Shown one piece after another: positions 45,081 to 53,896 of a DNA stretch of 64,000 nt (position 1 is its first letter; every line of letters starts with the position of its first letter). The notes under the pieces are model-generated. The model saw only the letters and a program-made list of their open reading frames with translations, was not told where the DNA came from and did not search any database. Location of the stretch: the IMG/VR virus record IMGVR_UViG_3300017991_003073; one strand, 5' to 3'. Made by a program: the position numbers and the translations under genes. This DNA comes from an uncultured virus (IMG/VR IMGVR_UViG_3300017991_003073). Taxonomy: Duplodnaviria > Heunggongvirae > Uroviricota > Caudoviricetes.

Positions 45081-47726
45081 CTATGGACCCTCGCTCGGGC
45101 TCGGTGGCTTGCGGATGAACTTCGCAGGGATCAGAACAGAATCTCCGATGGCTCCATAGATGCTGCCTCCACCCGCCGACCCTGCACCTCTGTGAGTGTG
45201 GGGACGGGTGGATGCCATGATGGCTGACCCGAACACGAGACCGCCCCCTCCTGTTTGAGGCCGGTCTGACAACGATGAAGCCGGTACCGTATCCTGCGGA
45301 GCCTTGGCGAGGTCGGCTTTGGGCTTCGGCTTGGTTTTGTCGGCGGTTTCACGAGTAGTGGGCCGGATACTCGCAGGAGGCCGCTTCGATAGATCAGCCG
45401 AAGGAGTGGTTGTCGGGCGAGGTGGTGGTGTGAACCGCGACACGGACGCATCGCTGGGTGCGGTATGCGGCTTCGTAGTGATGTCCGCAGGTTGTTGCTG
45501 TTGTTGTTGCTTCTGCACCGCGTCTTTCAAGTCCGTGAGCAAGGACTGGGCGTCTCTCGTAAACATCGTAGCGTCTACTGAGGTATCGGTTTCTACAGAG
45601 CGATCCGACAGCGGTGAGGTAAGATTCTCCGGTCTGGAGTCTTCCACCTGGGGAGGCATGATTGTCGGAGGCCCCGACCTCGGGCGGCGTAGGAAGTCGC
45701 TGATGGGACTCGGCTGCTGGGATGGGCGTTGGACCCTGTCCGAAGGCACTGAGTCGTCCGGCATGATTGTCGGAGGTCCCGACCTCGGGCGGCGTAGGAA
45801 GTCGCTGATCGGGCTCGCTTCGTCTCGATCCCGAGGCAATAGATGCGGGAACGCAGAAGGGCGAGTCGCATCCTGCGTTGCGTCCGTGCGTTGGGAAGGG
45901 GTCGCAGGACGAATCAGGTCGGAAGGTACCGTATCCGTTGGAGCCGGACGCATGATCCGGTCATCGAAGACGATCTCCCCTGGCTTCGGCTCAGGGCGAG
46001 GCGTTGTATCAGTGCCTGGGCGTACTGCCGGTCGTTGCGAAATCGTGTCTGTAGGAGCGATGGCAGACGGTCGAGGTGTTGTGTCGGTACCTGGACGTAC
46101 TGCTGGGCGTTGCGAAATCGTGTCCGTAGGAGCGATGGCAGACGGTCGAGGTGTTGTGTCGGTACCTGGACGTACTGCTGGGCGTTGTGAGATCGTGTCC
46201 GTAGGCGCAACTGCCGATGGGGGACGTTGTGACACCCGAGGGGTAACTGTCCTCGCGCTAGGGGGAGAAATGGTCTCACCTGGAGAGGGAGGCGTCACCA
46301 CGATCCGGTCGTCGGGCGTACGGAGTTCTTCGATAGGGGGTAGTTCCTCTTGCTCCTTGGGCTCCGGCCTCCGTGTGATCGGGGTCTTGATCTTGGGGGT
46401 GTCGCGGGTAGGTGGAGTCTTCGTCGGAGGGATATCCTTCCAAGGCGGAATGTCTTCCCATGGCGGGGTGGTGGTCGGAGGCACTACTGGTGGACCACCC
46501 TTTCCCGGCGGCATGTAGGGTGTAGATGGGATCGGAGGGGTTTCCGCTGGAGGCTCGAAGAAGAACTCCATCTCGTAGGGGCACGGGCACTGTACGTCGA
46601 TGGAGAGGATGTCGAAGTAGTCGCGAGGTAGGTCGATCACCCGGCGGAAGCCGAGTGCCCCTACGAAGTCGTTCGGATAGTCGAAGACCTCGTTGAAGAG
46701 GGCCAGGGAGGGCCGCGACTCCATCCACGACACCGCTTGCGCCCCGAACCGTTTCGCGAGACCCTGGCGTAGGCCGGACTTGCCGTACTTCTTGGCAAAG
46801 GAGGCGAGCAAAATGGCACTGAGGAACACCTCGGTGCGGATGAAGCCGGAAGGGCCATCGCCACGGAAGGCGTTGATGATGGGTTGGAGTGGGCGGTAGG
46901 CATCCAGTCCCCCCAGATTCCAGACGGGGAGATCGGGTTCGATGGAGGGCTGGGGGCTAACCTCACGCATCCAAGCCACCGCCGCCGCACGAGCCTGCTC
47001 CACGAGAGCAACGAAGCGGACCACCTGGGCATGGAGGTTGGTGCAAGAAGGCGGGTGGTACAGCGACCAAGGCTCAGGTGGTGCGATACCCATCGCAACA
47101 AGGTAGCGCAGGGCCTCGGTAGGGAACTGGTGCCAGATCCGCCTCACCTCTTTGATCGCGAACCCTTTCACCAGAGGCTCTTCAGCTTCGAGTAGTTGCT
47201 CCTCTTCCATCAGCGCCGGTACACCGGCTCGACTTGCGGTCTGCTGATAGACCACTGGGAAGGTGTCCCGGAAGTCCCTCTCGATAGCGGCGACAGAGGG
47301 CAGGCCCCCTGTACGAAGAACGCGCTTCAAGATAGGCAGCGGGAGGGGTTTCTGGGGAGCCTTCTCCAACGTCCGGATGAATCGTCCTGCCAGGGAGTTC
47401 CCGCTGTCGTAGATGTTGTAGACCACCTGGAGGTAGGTTAGATCCAGGAGGAACTGTGCGGCCCGCCACTCGGTGCGATACTCGCCCTGGCGAATGGGTC
47501 GCATGTCGTCGGCCTTAGGGCGGTAGCCGTACAGTACCTCAAACAGATCCGGCTTCGCCAGAGCCAGCTGCACCAGCCGCACCAAGGAACTGGGGAACAC
47601 AATCCCCTTCGCTTGACTCAGACCGGACAGCGCCGAAACGAAGCCGTTGTATTCACTCTTGAAGTTACTCGGCACAGGGCCGGATACCGCGTTGATCTTC
47701 ATGGTCGAATCCTGCGTAAGGAGCAT
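45081..47726 (-). CDS. large protein with helical N-half and Pro/Thr-rich repeat C-half (881 aa)
   Basis: ORF; AGGAG RBS; internal repeats. Confidence 0.85.
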   Translation of the reverse strand: MLLTQDSTMKINAVSGPVPSNFKSEYNGFVSALSGLSQAKGIVFPSSLVRLVQLALAKPDLFEVLYGYRPKADDMRPIRQGEYRTEWRAAQFLLDLTYLQVVYNIYDSGNSLAGRFIRTLEKAPQKPLPLPILKRVLRTGGLPSVAAIERDFRDTFPVVYQQTASRAGVPALMEEEQLLEAEEPLVKGFAIKEVRRIWHQFPTEALRYLVAMGIAPPEPWSLYHPPSCTNLHAQVVRFVALVEQARAAAVAWMREVSPQPSIEPDLPVWNLGGLDAYRPLQPIINAFRGDGPSGFIRTEVFLSAILLASFAKKYGKSGLRQGLAKRFGAQAVSWMESRPSLALFNEVFDYPNDFVGALGFRRVIDLPRDYFDILSIDVQCPCPYEMEFFFEPPAETPPIPSTPYMPPGKGGPPVVPPTTTPPWEDIPPWKDIPPTKTPPTRDTPKIKTPITRRPEPKEQEELPPIEELRTPDDRIVVTPPSPGETISPPSARTVTPRVSQRPPSAVAPTDTISQRPAVRPGTDTTPRPSAIAPTDTISQRPAVRPGTDTTPRPSAIAPTDTISQRPAVRPGTDTTPRPEPKPGEIVFDDRIMRPAPTDTVPSDLIRPATPSQRTDATQDATRPSAFPHLLPRDRDEASPISDFLRRPRSGPPTIMPDDSVPSDRVQRPSQQPSPISDFLRRPRSGPPTIMPPQVEDSRPENLTSPLSDRSVETDTSVDATMFTRDAQSLLTDLKDAVQKQQQQQQPADITTKPHTAPSDASVSRFTPPPRPTTTPSADLSKRPPASIRPTTRETADKTKPKPKADLAKAPQDTVPASSLSDRPQTGGGGLVFGSAIMASTRPHTHRGAGSAGGGSIYGAIGDSVLIPAKFIRKPPSPSEGP
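45655..45814 (-). repeat. two copies of a coding repeat of about 55 bp (SPISDFLRRPRSGPPTIMP)
   Basis: Copies start at 45655 and 45760. Confidence 0.9.
45997..46221 (-). repeat. 75-bp coding tandem repeat x3 (PSAIAPTDTISQRPAVRPGTDTTPR)
   Basis: Units start at 45997, 46072 and 46147. Confidence 0.95.
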
Positions 47727-47802
47727 GTCGTGGCTCCTAGAAGCCTACACGCGGGTTCAAGTCTCCGCTAGACCTCGGCACCCACTCCTATGCTCCAGAT
47801 CC

Positions 47803-47829
47803 CGAAACTGAAAAACTTTTGCAGTTTCG
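47803..47829. promoter_or_regulatory. 25-bp palindromic operator-like site, copy 4
   Basis: C GAAACTG AAAAA C TTTTG CAGTTTC G, between divergent genes. Confidence 0.7.
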
Positions 47830-47928
47830 CGCTCCCGGTGGATGCCCCCTTCAGTCTAGCCCACACCTTCCCTGAGGGCTAAGATCGCATTGCTATCGCT
47901 AGTGTGTAACGCTGCACGGAGAAAAGGG

Positions 47929-49122
47929 ATGCCCTTGCTCTACCTCGACAATAACGCCACCACCCGCGTCGATGATCGCGTGGTGCGGGCCATGATCCCG
48001 TACTTCACTGAGATCTATGGGAACCCTTCGTCTGCTCACTACCTGGGATCCCTTGCCAAGGAAGGTGTGGAGCGGGCGCGGAAAGCTGTGGCTAGCTTCC
48101 TCGGATGCTTTCCGGAGGAGGTGACGTTCACGTCAGGAGGAACCGAAGGCGACAACGCAGTCCTGCACAGCGTCAAGGTTTGCCAGCCCCAACGGCGTCA
48201 CATCGTAGTCTCGTCTTTGGAACACCCTGCCGTCGCCCGGAAAACGGAGTGTATGTGTCACTTCGATGGCTTCGAAGCTACTCCGGTAGAACCCAACCGA
48301 CGTGGGGTCATCACGCCTGAGGCGATACAGAAGGCCATGCGCCCGAACACGGCGCTGGTGTCGGTGATGCTCGCCAACAACGAGACCGGCGTGGTCAACC
48401 CTGTAGCAGACATTGCAAAGGTGGCCAAAACAGGAGGAGCCCTCCTGCATGTTGATGGTACCCAGGCTGTGGGTAAGATCCCGATCAACTTCCGAAAGCT
48501 AGGGGCCGACTACTTCGTCTTCGCAGGCCACAAGTTCCACGGACTGAAGGGGGTTGGGGCAGTCCTTGTGAAGCGTGGCGTGTGCTTCAGTCCGTTGATG
48601 GTAGGAGGCTCACAGGAGGGCAACCGGCGCGGTGGCACCGAGAACGTCCCTGGCATCGTAGGCCTGGGAGCCGCGTGTGGGTTCGGGGAAGAGGCGCTGC
48701 CGGTGATGGCTTCACAAGTGCGGGCGCTTCGGGATGCGCTCCAGGAGGAGATCGTCCAGACCTTCCGCGACGGGGTCTTCGTTGTGGGCGATCTCGCTCC
48801 CCGGACTCCGAACACACTGCTGCTCGCCTTCAAGAACACCCACGGTAGGTTGGTGCAGGACTACCTGAGCGAGCGAGGTGTGTGCGTTGGCACTGGGTCC
48901 GCGTGTTCCTGCCTCGCGGCGATGTCACCATCCGCCACAGTCAAGGCGATGGGCGTCCCCGAACCCTACCGTATGGGCATTGTCCGGATCAGCCTCTCGA
49001 AGTACCAATCCCCTGCGTATGGCGGAAACCCTGCGGATCTTGGGGTGGTGGTCCAACTACTGAAGCGGGCGCGTCTCGACGGGGCGCTCGGAGCCTGGGC
49101 TCCGGAAAAGGCGATGCGATAG
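47929..49122 (+). CDS. iscS: cysteine desulfurase (IscS/NifS group I, PLP-dependent)
   Basis: YLDNNATT, YGNPSS, FTSGGTE, EHPAV, MLANNETG, HVDGTQAVGK, GHKFHG, RGGTENV and catalytic GSAC. Confidence 0.93.
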   Translation: MPLLYLDNNATTRVDDRVVRAMIPYFTEIYGNPSSAHYLGSLAKEGVERARKAVASFLGCFPEEVTFTSGGTEGDNAVLHSVKVCQPQRRHIVVSSLEHPAVARKTECMCHFDGFEATPVEPNRRGVITPEAIQKAMRPNTALVSVMLANNETGVVNPVADIAKVAKTGGALLHVDGTQAVGKIPINFRKLGADYFVFAGHKFHGLKGVGAVLVKRGVCFSPLMVGGSQEGNRRGGTENVPGIVGLGAACGFGEEALPVMASQVRALRDALQEEIVQTFRDGVFVVGDLAPRTPNTLLLAFKNTHGRLVQDYLSERGVCVGTGSACSCLAAMSPSATVKAMGVPEPYRMGIVRISLSKYQSPAYGGNPADLGVVVQLLKRARLDGALGAWAPEKAMR

Positions 49123-49123
49123 G

Positions 49124-49345
49124 CTACCCCGACCAGGATTCGGTGTACCCCAGCAGCTTGGCGATTCGGTCCCCTAACTTCTTGAGTTGGTCGTCTACGA
49201 GCGCCTTCTCACGTTCGGTGAGTTCGATGTCCCCTGCTATATCCTTCTCCGTCCAGTAGCCTCGGGCTACTGCCACTGCGTCAGCCAGTATGTACTGGGC
49301 GAGACGTTTGGGGGTGTTCATCTCGGGGTCGTTAGGGAAAGCCAC
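49124..49345 (-). CDS. hypothetical protein (73 aa)
   Basis: GAGGAGG RBS; GTG start. Confidence 0.75.
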   Translation of the reverse strand: MAFPNDPEMNTPKRLAQYILADAVAVARGYWTEKDIAGDIELTEREKALVDDQLKKLGDRIAKLLGYTESWSG

Positions 49346-49364
49346 CTGAGCCTCCTCTTGTTGG

Positions 49365-52300
49365 TTAGCCTTCGTCGCTCGGTTCTTCAGGGCCAGAGGT
49401 AGATAGCCCGAGCAATAGGAGGGGGGCTAGTAACAGCAACCCCGCTCCAGGGCTAGCTGCTGGGGGTGGGGCGGTTTTTGGAGGCGCGATCTCCAACTGC
49501 TGCCAACCTCCTGGAGGGACAGGTCGGTTTCCTGATACCTGTGTCCAGACCTCCTTCACTACGTCGGGGTAGTTCGACGGCACGACGAAGGGTGCGACGA
49601 GGTTCGGTGGCACTTCGTAGAGTTCACCCTCGTAGGGGAGCCGAGACCGTTCTGTACTCCAAGCACCGGGCATCCGACCCAGGAACTGAGAACTCTCGAA
49701 GATCGGGATCTGACGAACGCCCTCCCAGTCCAGGCTTTCTGGAAGCGCCCCTTCGTAATAGGCCCATACGTTCTGGACGCTACTACTGCTGCGGAAGTTA
49801 GGCCGGATCACAAACAGGAGGTTGGTGAGACCGGTGTACCCGATACCGGTGGCTTGGCGTTCCGCTGCCATACGGAAGCGGAGGTCTGCTCGATTGATCT
49901 CGGTGTATTCGTACCCTGCTGGAATGTTTCTGCGGAAGTTGAAGTACTGGTCGTATTTCGCCTTCAGATTCGCAAGGGCTTGGGTGTAGTTGAGACGACC
50001 TATGTTCCCTTCGCAGGCCTCCCTAGCGGAGCCTGTAAGGGTGTGCGGGATCTCCCAGCGGAAACGGTCAGGATCTTCAGATGTAGGTACACCAGCTAGT
50101 ACGTGGCGGCGGATGTAGGGCAGCGCACCCCACTGTTCTGCCCAAGCTACCCAGGCTTGGATCCCTTCTTCTCGGGACGGCGGAGGCGGGACGACTCGGA
50201 ATCCTTCGCCTGCTGGAGGAACGACCCAGGCCTCGACCGTGGTGGTATCAGGAACGGCTCCTTCTGCTGGATCCCAGGTGATGATGGTCCGCGTCTCCCC
50301 TGGATACTTCCGGATCATCCACAAAGCGGCGTTGCGCGGTAGTGCTGGAGGTACGAATAGCACAGGGGTGTGGCTATCCGGGGTGAAGTCGCTCACTCCT
50401 CCCCATCCGTAGGCACGAGTCCGTACTGCGAAAAGCTGTCCGAGGCCTCCGTACTGAGGGATTGGGTAGGCCTCTCGACGCCCCAATTCAGGAGTAGGCC
50501 TATCCTGGAGGGCAATGGGTTCCCCTGCGGGGCTCTCACCGTAGAAACTGGACGCTGTGCAGGCGTAACGACTAGAGGCAGCTTCGTCGGGACTCCCTGA
50601 GTTGGAGTTCGCTAGGGAGTTGTACTTCAGGACGCTGATACCGATAGCACGTTGTGGGATGTCCCAGGCGATCTGGGCGTCGTATCCTTCTCCAGGTCGT
50701 CCTTTGACAAGGGTTGCAGAGAGATCGGGTGGAGAGGTAGGTGGGGGTGGTTGGGTGGCTGCGTGGTTGGCTGCCGGGTTAGGATCCGCAAACTGACCTA
50801 GCGGTTCGGGTAGGTGATAGAGAACACTGGAAGTCTTCCGAACACTAGGTATCACCTGGATTTCGTAGACATGGTCCGGCGAGGAAAGACGGCCTGCCAA
50901 TACCAGGAAGTAGGTGTCGTTTCCAATCTCAGACCGATAGAGCCGTCCAGGTTCTAGAGGCCGGGGACTACTCGGATCGGTGCCCGTTCGAGGATCGACG
51001 GATGGTGCGTTCGGTTGAACTTCGGGGAGGCGGTAGCGTTGGGTCCTGAAGGTTGATGCTCGTCTGCTGTACCCCGGCGTAGGCCGTCGTGGGCCAAGGT
51101 CACGGGTCCTGACCTCAAAGGCGTCGATCTTGCTCGTGTCAGGGGTGGGGACCTTCCACTGAGCGAGGACATACTGCTGGGAGATCTTGGTGCGAAGACC
51201 ACCGTCGATGGCAAAGGGGTTCAGACTCCCGGTTATGGTTAGTCGAGGAACCCCTGGTGGCGCGGGTACTGTGAGGTCAGACCGTGGGCCGAGAACCCGT
51301 CGAGAGCCGGACTCGACGTAGGGTATCAGGTGGTACTCCCCGTACTGGAACCACGCTTCTTCCGTGGCTGAGGTCCCTTCGACAGGAACCGGAACTTCTC
51401 GGGTGTCTTCGGTTCGCGTCACACGGTAACGGACCGGGAGGTAGGCAGAGTCTGCTGCTTTCCAACGCAAGCGGACACCGAAGCGAGAGGTCTGGATGGA
51501 CTGCCCTTGCACCCTCTCGGTTAGGCCGTCCACCACTGCCCGCAGGGTTGTTCCTCCAGGAGGGGTGTACCCTTGGTAAGTGGAATCACTAACGACCGGA
51601 GTGGGTGGTGATACGTAGGCGTTCCCGGATCCTGAGTCTACGAAGACCCTGCGGAGCGAGTAGCCGTATATCGCGCCATGCTCCAGGCCTTGGTTGATGG
51701 TGTCCGTGGCCTCGACATCCGGATACTCACCCCAGCTGAGTTCCCATGGATCTCCGAAGGCTTCCCCTAGGGGCTGGGATTCGAGTACGTTCCCAGCAGT
51801 GTCCCGTTTGTGTCGGGTCACTCGATACCGTACTTCCCCGTGGTTTTCTCCGACGAACCCTTGAATCTGTTGGAGCCATTGCGTGGGGTTGTTCTGGTAC
51901 TCGATGTAGAGGTCGGCTATGTACCGCTGATAGCTGGGGTCTAGGTAGAGAAAGCGGACCCTCTTCTCCGTGTCCCCGAGCATGACAAACATCCGTTTCA
52001 GGGATACTTGTGGCGAGCCGGGGTTAGGGCGGTAGTGGGGCAGGGCGTTGTAGAGGGGTCGGAGCGGTGGGGGGAGGTGTTGTAGGGCTTGCTCTTCTAG
52101 GGCGTCTTCTAGACGAGGTGCTGGTTGGTGGTACCGCCCAAGAATGTTGGCGACGAGGTAGTCTCCACGGTTGATGCGGAATCCAAGCGGGACCTCTACT
52201 CGGGAGACGGTGGGTGCTTCAGGTGCTTCCGGTGTGGCACGGTTGATTGCCTCACCCGGTAGGAAGGTGAAGTTGACCAGGAAAGTCAGGGCGTTCCTGG

Positions 52301-53300
52301 CTACCTCTGTGGTCGAAGGATTTCGCTCTCCGTAGGGGCCACTCGAAGCTGTGTATGGGGTATCCGCAAGGAGGTTGTACACCGCATGGAGAACGAAGTC
52401 GGCTACTTTCGGATCGTACCCTTCGATCCACTCGACCACCGGTTGAATGATCCGGCTTTCTTCCGGGACGTTTGGATCTTCGTAGGAAGCGCGGGCCTCC
52501 GGCGAATGCAAGGCTTGTTGCAGCACGTCTATGGCAGCATTACCCATCTGCCGAAGGATGGCGCTGGCGAGACTCCGGGGAGAGTTATCGAGGAGAAGGT
52601 CGTCCCCAGAGGCGTATATCCATCGGTGGCTAAGGCGCTCGATAGCTACCCATCGCATGTCTTCCAGGTACAGGCTCCGGAACCCTCTCCAACGGGCTTC
52701 GGAAACTCCGGCAAACCGTGCCCGGAAGGGCCGTTCAGCTTCCCACTGACGCATCGCTTCGCGATACGCAGCCGCATTGCGGAGATTGGTCTGTCGGATC
52801 TGGGCTTCGCGGGTAGCCCGTTCTTCAGGGGTGTACGCGCCCGCAGGCAGAGTAACGAGTTCCGGTCGTCGCGGCTCAGATGTACTTAGATACCGCTCCC
52901 CAAACACTTCGTTGGTGGCTTGTTCGGCCAGCTGTGATGCTCGTCTCCCTACTCCGCTAGCCCCTTCACCTGGAACATCGACATACCCATGATCGAGGTA
53001 GTCTTTCAGGTCCCCTAACACCCGTGAAGCTGGTAGGGCCTCCTCGGGGCGCATGAAGTGAGCCCCCCACATTTGCAGGCTACCATCCGGGGCGATCCAT
53101 TCAGGCCAAACGCCGTCAAAGAAACCGCGCCTACCGAACCACCGGTAGAAGTTGTACATGCCCCGGATGTTCACCGGCAGATCTACTCGTGCTTCCCATC
53201 CGTAGTTCGGGATAGCAAGTGTGACCCGTCGAAGCATAGTCGCCTCGGTTTCCGGGTAGACGGCAATCTGGTGCGGTAGTGTGGTCGGGGTATCCGGCAT
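49365..53300 (-). CDS. 1311-aa protein with fibronectin-III-like beta modules and a C-terminal membrane anchor
   Basis: Repeated VRLRW/LAQW/QIAW/IITW...Y-x-V patterns; terminal GAGLLLLAPLLLLGLS. Confidence 0.75.
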   Translation of the reverse strand: MPDTPTTLPHQIAVYPETEATMLRRVTLAIPNYGWEARVDLPVNIRGMYNFYRWFGRRGFFDGVWPEWIAPDGSLQMWGAHFMRPEEALPASRVLGDLKDYLDHGYVDVPGEGASGVGRRASQLAEQATNEVFGERYLSTSEPRRPELVTLPAGAYTPEERATREAQIRQTNLRNAAAYREAMRQWEAERPFRARFAGVSEARWRGFRSLYLEDMRWVAIERLSHRWIYASGDDLLLDNSPRSLASAILRQMGNAAIDVLQQALHSPEARASYEDPNVPEESRIIQPVVEWIEGYDPKVADFVLHAVYNLLADTPYTASSGPYGERNPSTTEVARNALTFLVNFTFLPGEAINRATPEAPEAPTVSRVEVPLGFRINRGDYLVANILGRYHQPAPRLEDALEEQALQHLPPPLRPLYNALPHYRPNPGSPQVSLKRMFVMLGDTEKRVRFLYLDPSYQRYIADLYIEYQNNPTQWLQQIQGFVGENHGEVRYRVTRHKRDTAGNVLESQPLGEAFGDPWELSWGEYPDVEATDTINQGLEHGAIYGYSLRRVFVDSGSGNAYVSPPTPVVSDSTYQGYTPPGGTTLRAVVDGLTERVQGQSIQTSRFGVRLRWKAADSAYLPVRYRVTRTEDTREVPVPVEGTSATEEAWFQYGEYHLIPYVESGSRRVLGPRSDLTVPAPPGVPRLTITGSLNPFAIDGGLRTKISQQYVLAQWKVPTPDTSKIDAFEVRTRDLGPRRPTPGYSRRASTFRTQRYRLPEVQPNAPSVDPRTGTDPSSPRPLEPGRLYRSEIGNDTYFLVLAGRLSSPDHVYEIQVIPSVRKTSSVLYHLPEPLGQFADPNPAANHAATQPPPPTSPPDLSATLVKGRPGEGYDAQIAWDIPQRAIGISVLKYNSLANSNSGSPDEAASSRYACTASSFYGESPAGEPIALQDRPTPELGRREAYPIPQYGGLGQLFAVRTRAYGWGGVSDFTPDSHTPVLFVPPALPRNAALWMIRKYPGETRTIITWDPAEGAVPDTTTVEAWVVPPAGEGFRVVPPPPSREEGIQAWVAWAEQWGALPYIRRHVLAGVPTSEDPDRFRWEIPHTLTGSAREACEGNIGRLNYTQALANLKAKYDQYFNFRRNIPAGYEYTEINRADLRFRMAAERQATGIGYTGLTNLLFVIRPNFRSSSSVQNVWAYYEGALPESLDWEGVRQIPIFESSQFLGRMPGAWSTERSRLPYEGELYEVPPNLVAPFVVPSNYPDVVKEVWTQVSGNRPVPPGGWQQLEIAPPKTAPPPAASPGAGLLLLAPLLLLGLSTSGPEEPSDEG

Positions 53301-53411
53301 GACATCTTCCGAGAGACGGCTTTGGTGCCCCCTATAATGACGCGGCCCCCGTCTGGGGTCCAGACGAGGGCCTTGTCCTCTCCGTTTCGGCGGTCGGGAG
53401 TCAAGTTGAGG

Positions 53412-53780
53412 CTAGCGCCCCTTCTTGAACATTCCGGCGGCGAGGTAGCCGACGAGGCCACCCAGCAACAGGGTACCGAAGTTCATCCCCCCACCCTGTT
53501 GCGCTTGCTGACCGACGACGCGGCCACCGGCCACGAGAGTCGGGTCCAGCACCACGCGACCAGTGGTCAACGAGGGCTGCTTACGCGGGTTGCAGGAGAC
53601 GAACGATCCCCCCTGGTAGACCTTGGTGACACCGTCTTCGCCCACTCGCGAACCCATCATGCCCTCGGGGACACGACAGATGGGGCTCGACCCCGGAGTG
53701 GAACCTTGGTACGCCTTTGCGGGGCGCGTCCGGCGACGGGCACCCACGGTCTCGCCGGGCATTGGCGGCATGACGCTCAT
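53412..53780 (-). CDS. small membrane-anchored protein (start re-chosen at MSVMPP)
   Basis: AGGAG RBS; C-terminal GTLLLGGLVGYLAAGMFKK; several xVG/xxQG motifs. Confidence 0.75.
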   Translation of the reverse strand: MSVMPPMPGETVGARRRTRPAKAYQGSTPGSSPICRVPEGMMGSRVGEDGVTKVYQGGSFVSCNPRKQPSLTTGRVVLDPTLVAGGRVVGQQAQQGGGMNFGTLLLGGLVGYLAAGMFKKGR

Positions 53781-53896
53781 GTGAGTTACTCCTTCTCGGA
53801 CCAGGAACGGAGAGTTGCCGCGATGTGCGTAGCGCGGACTTGGGCCGATGGGGGGATGGTAGCTCGAAGAAAAAGCCGTTGTCCATACCCTAGAGG

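Noticed and set aside
45997..46221. Possible CRISPR or non-coding repeat
   Set aside because: Contiguous in-frame 75-bp coding units with no spacers.
47929..49122. dnd phosphorothioation system
   Set aside because: Only the desulfurase is present; no dndBCDE or ssp genes recognisable in this window.
28011..53300. Two proteins both starting MPDTP
   Set aside because: Only five residues, in unrelated proteins; probably chance.
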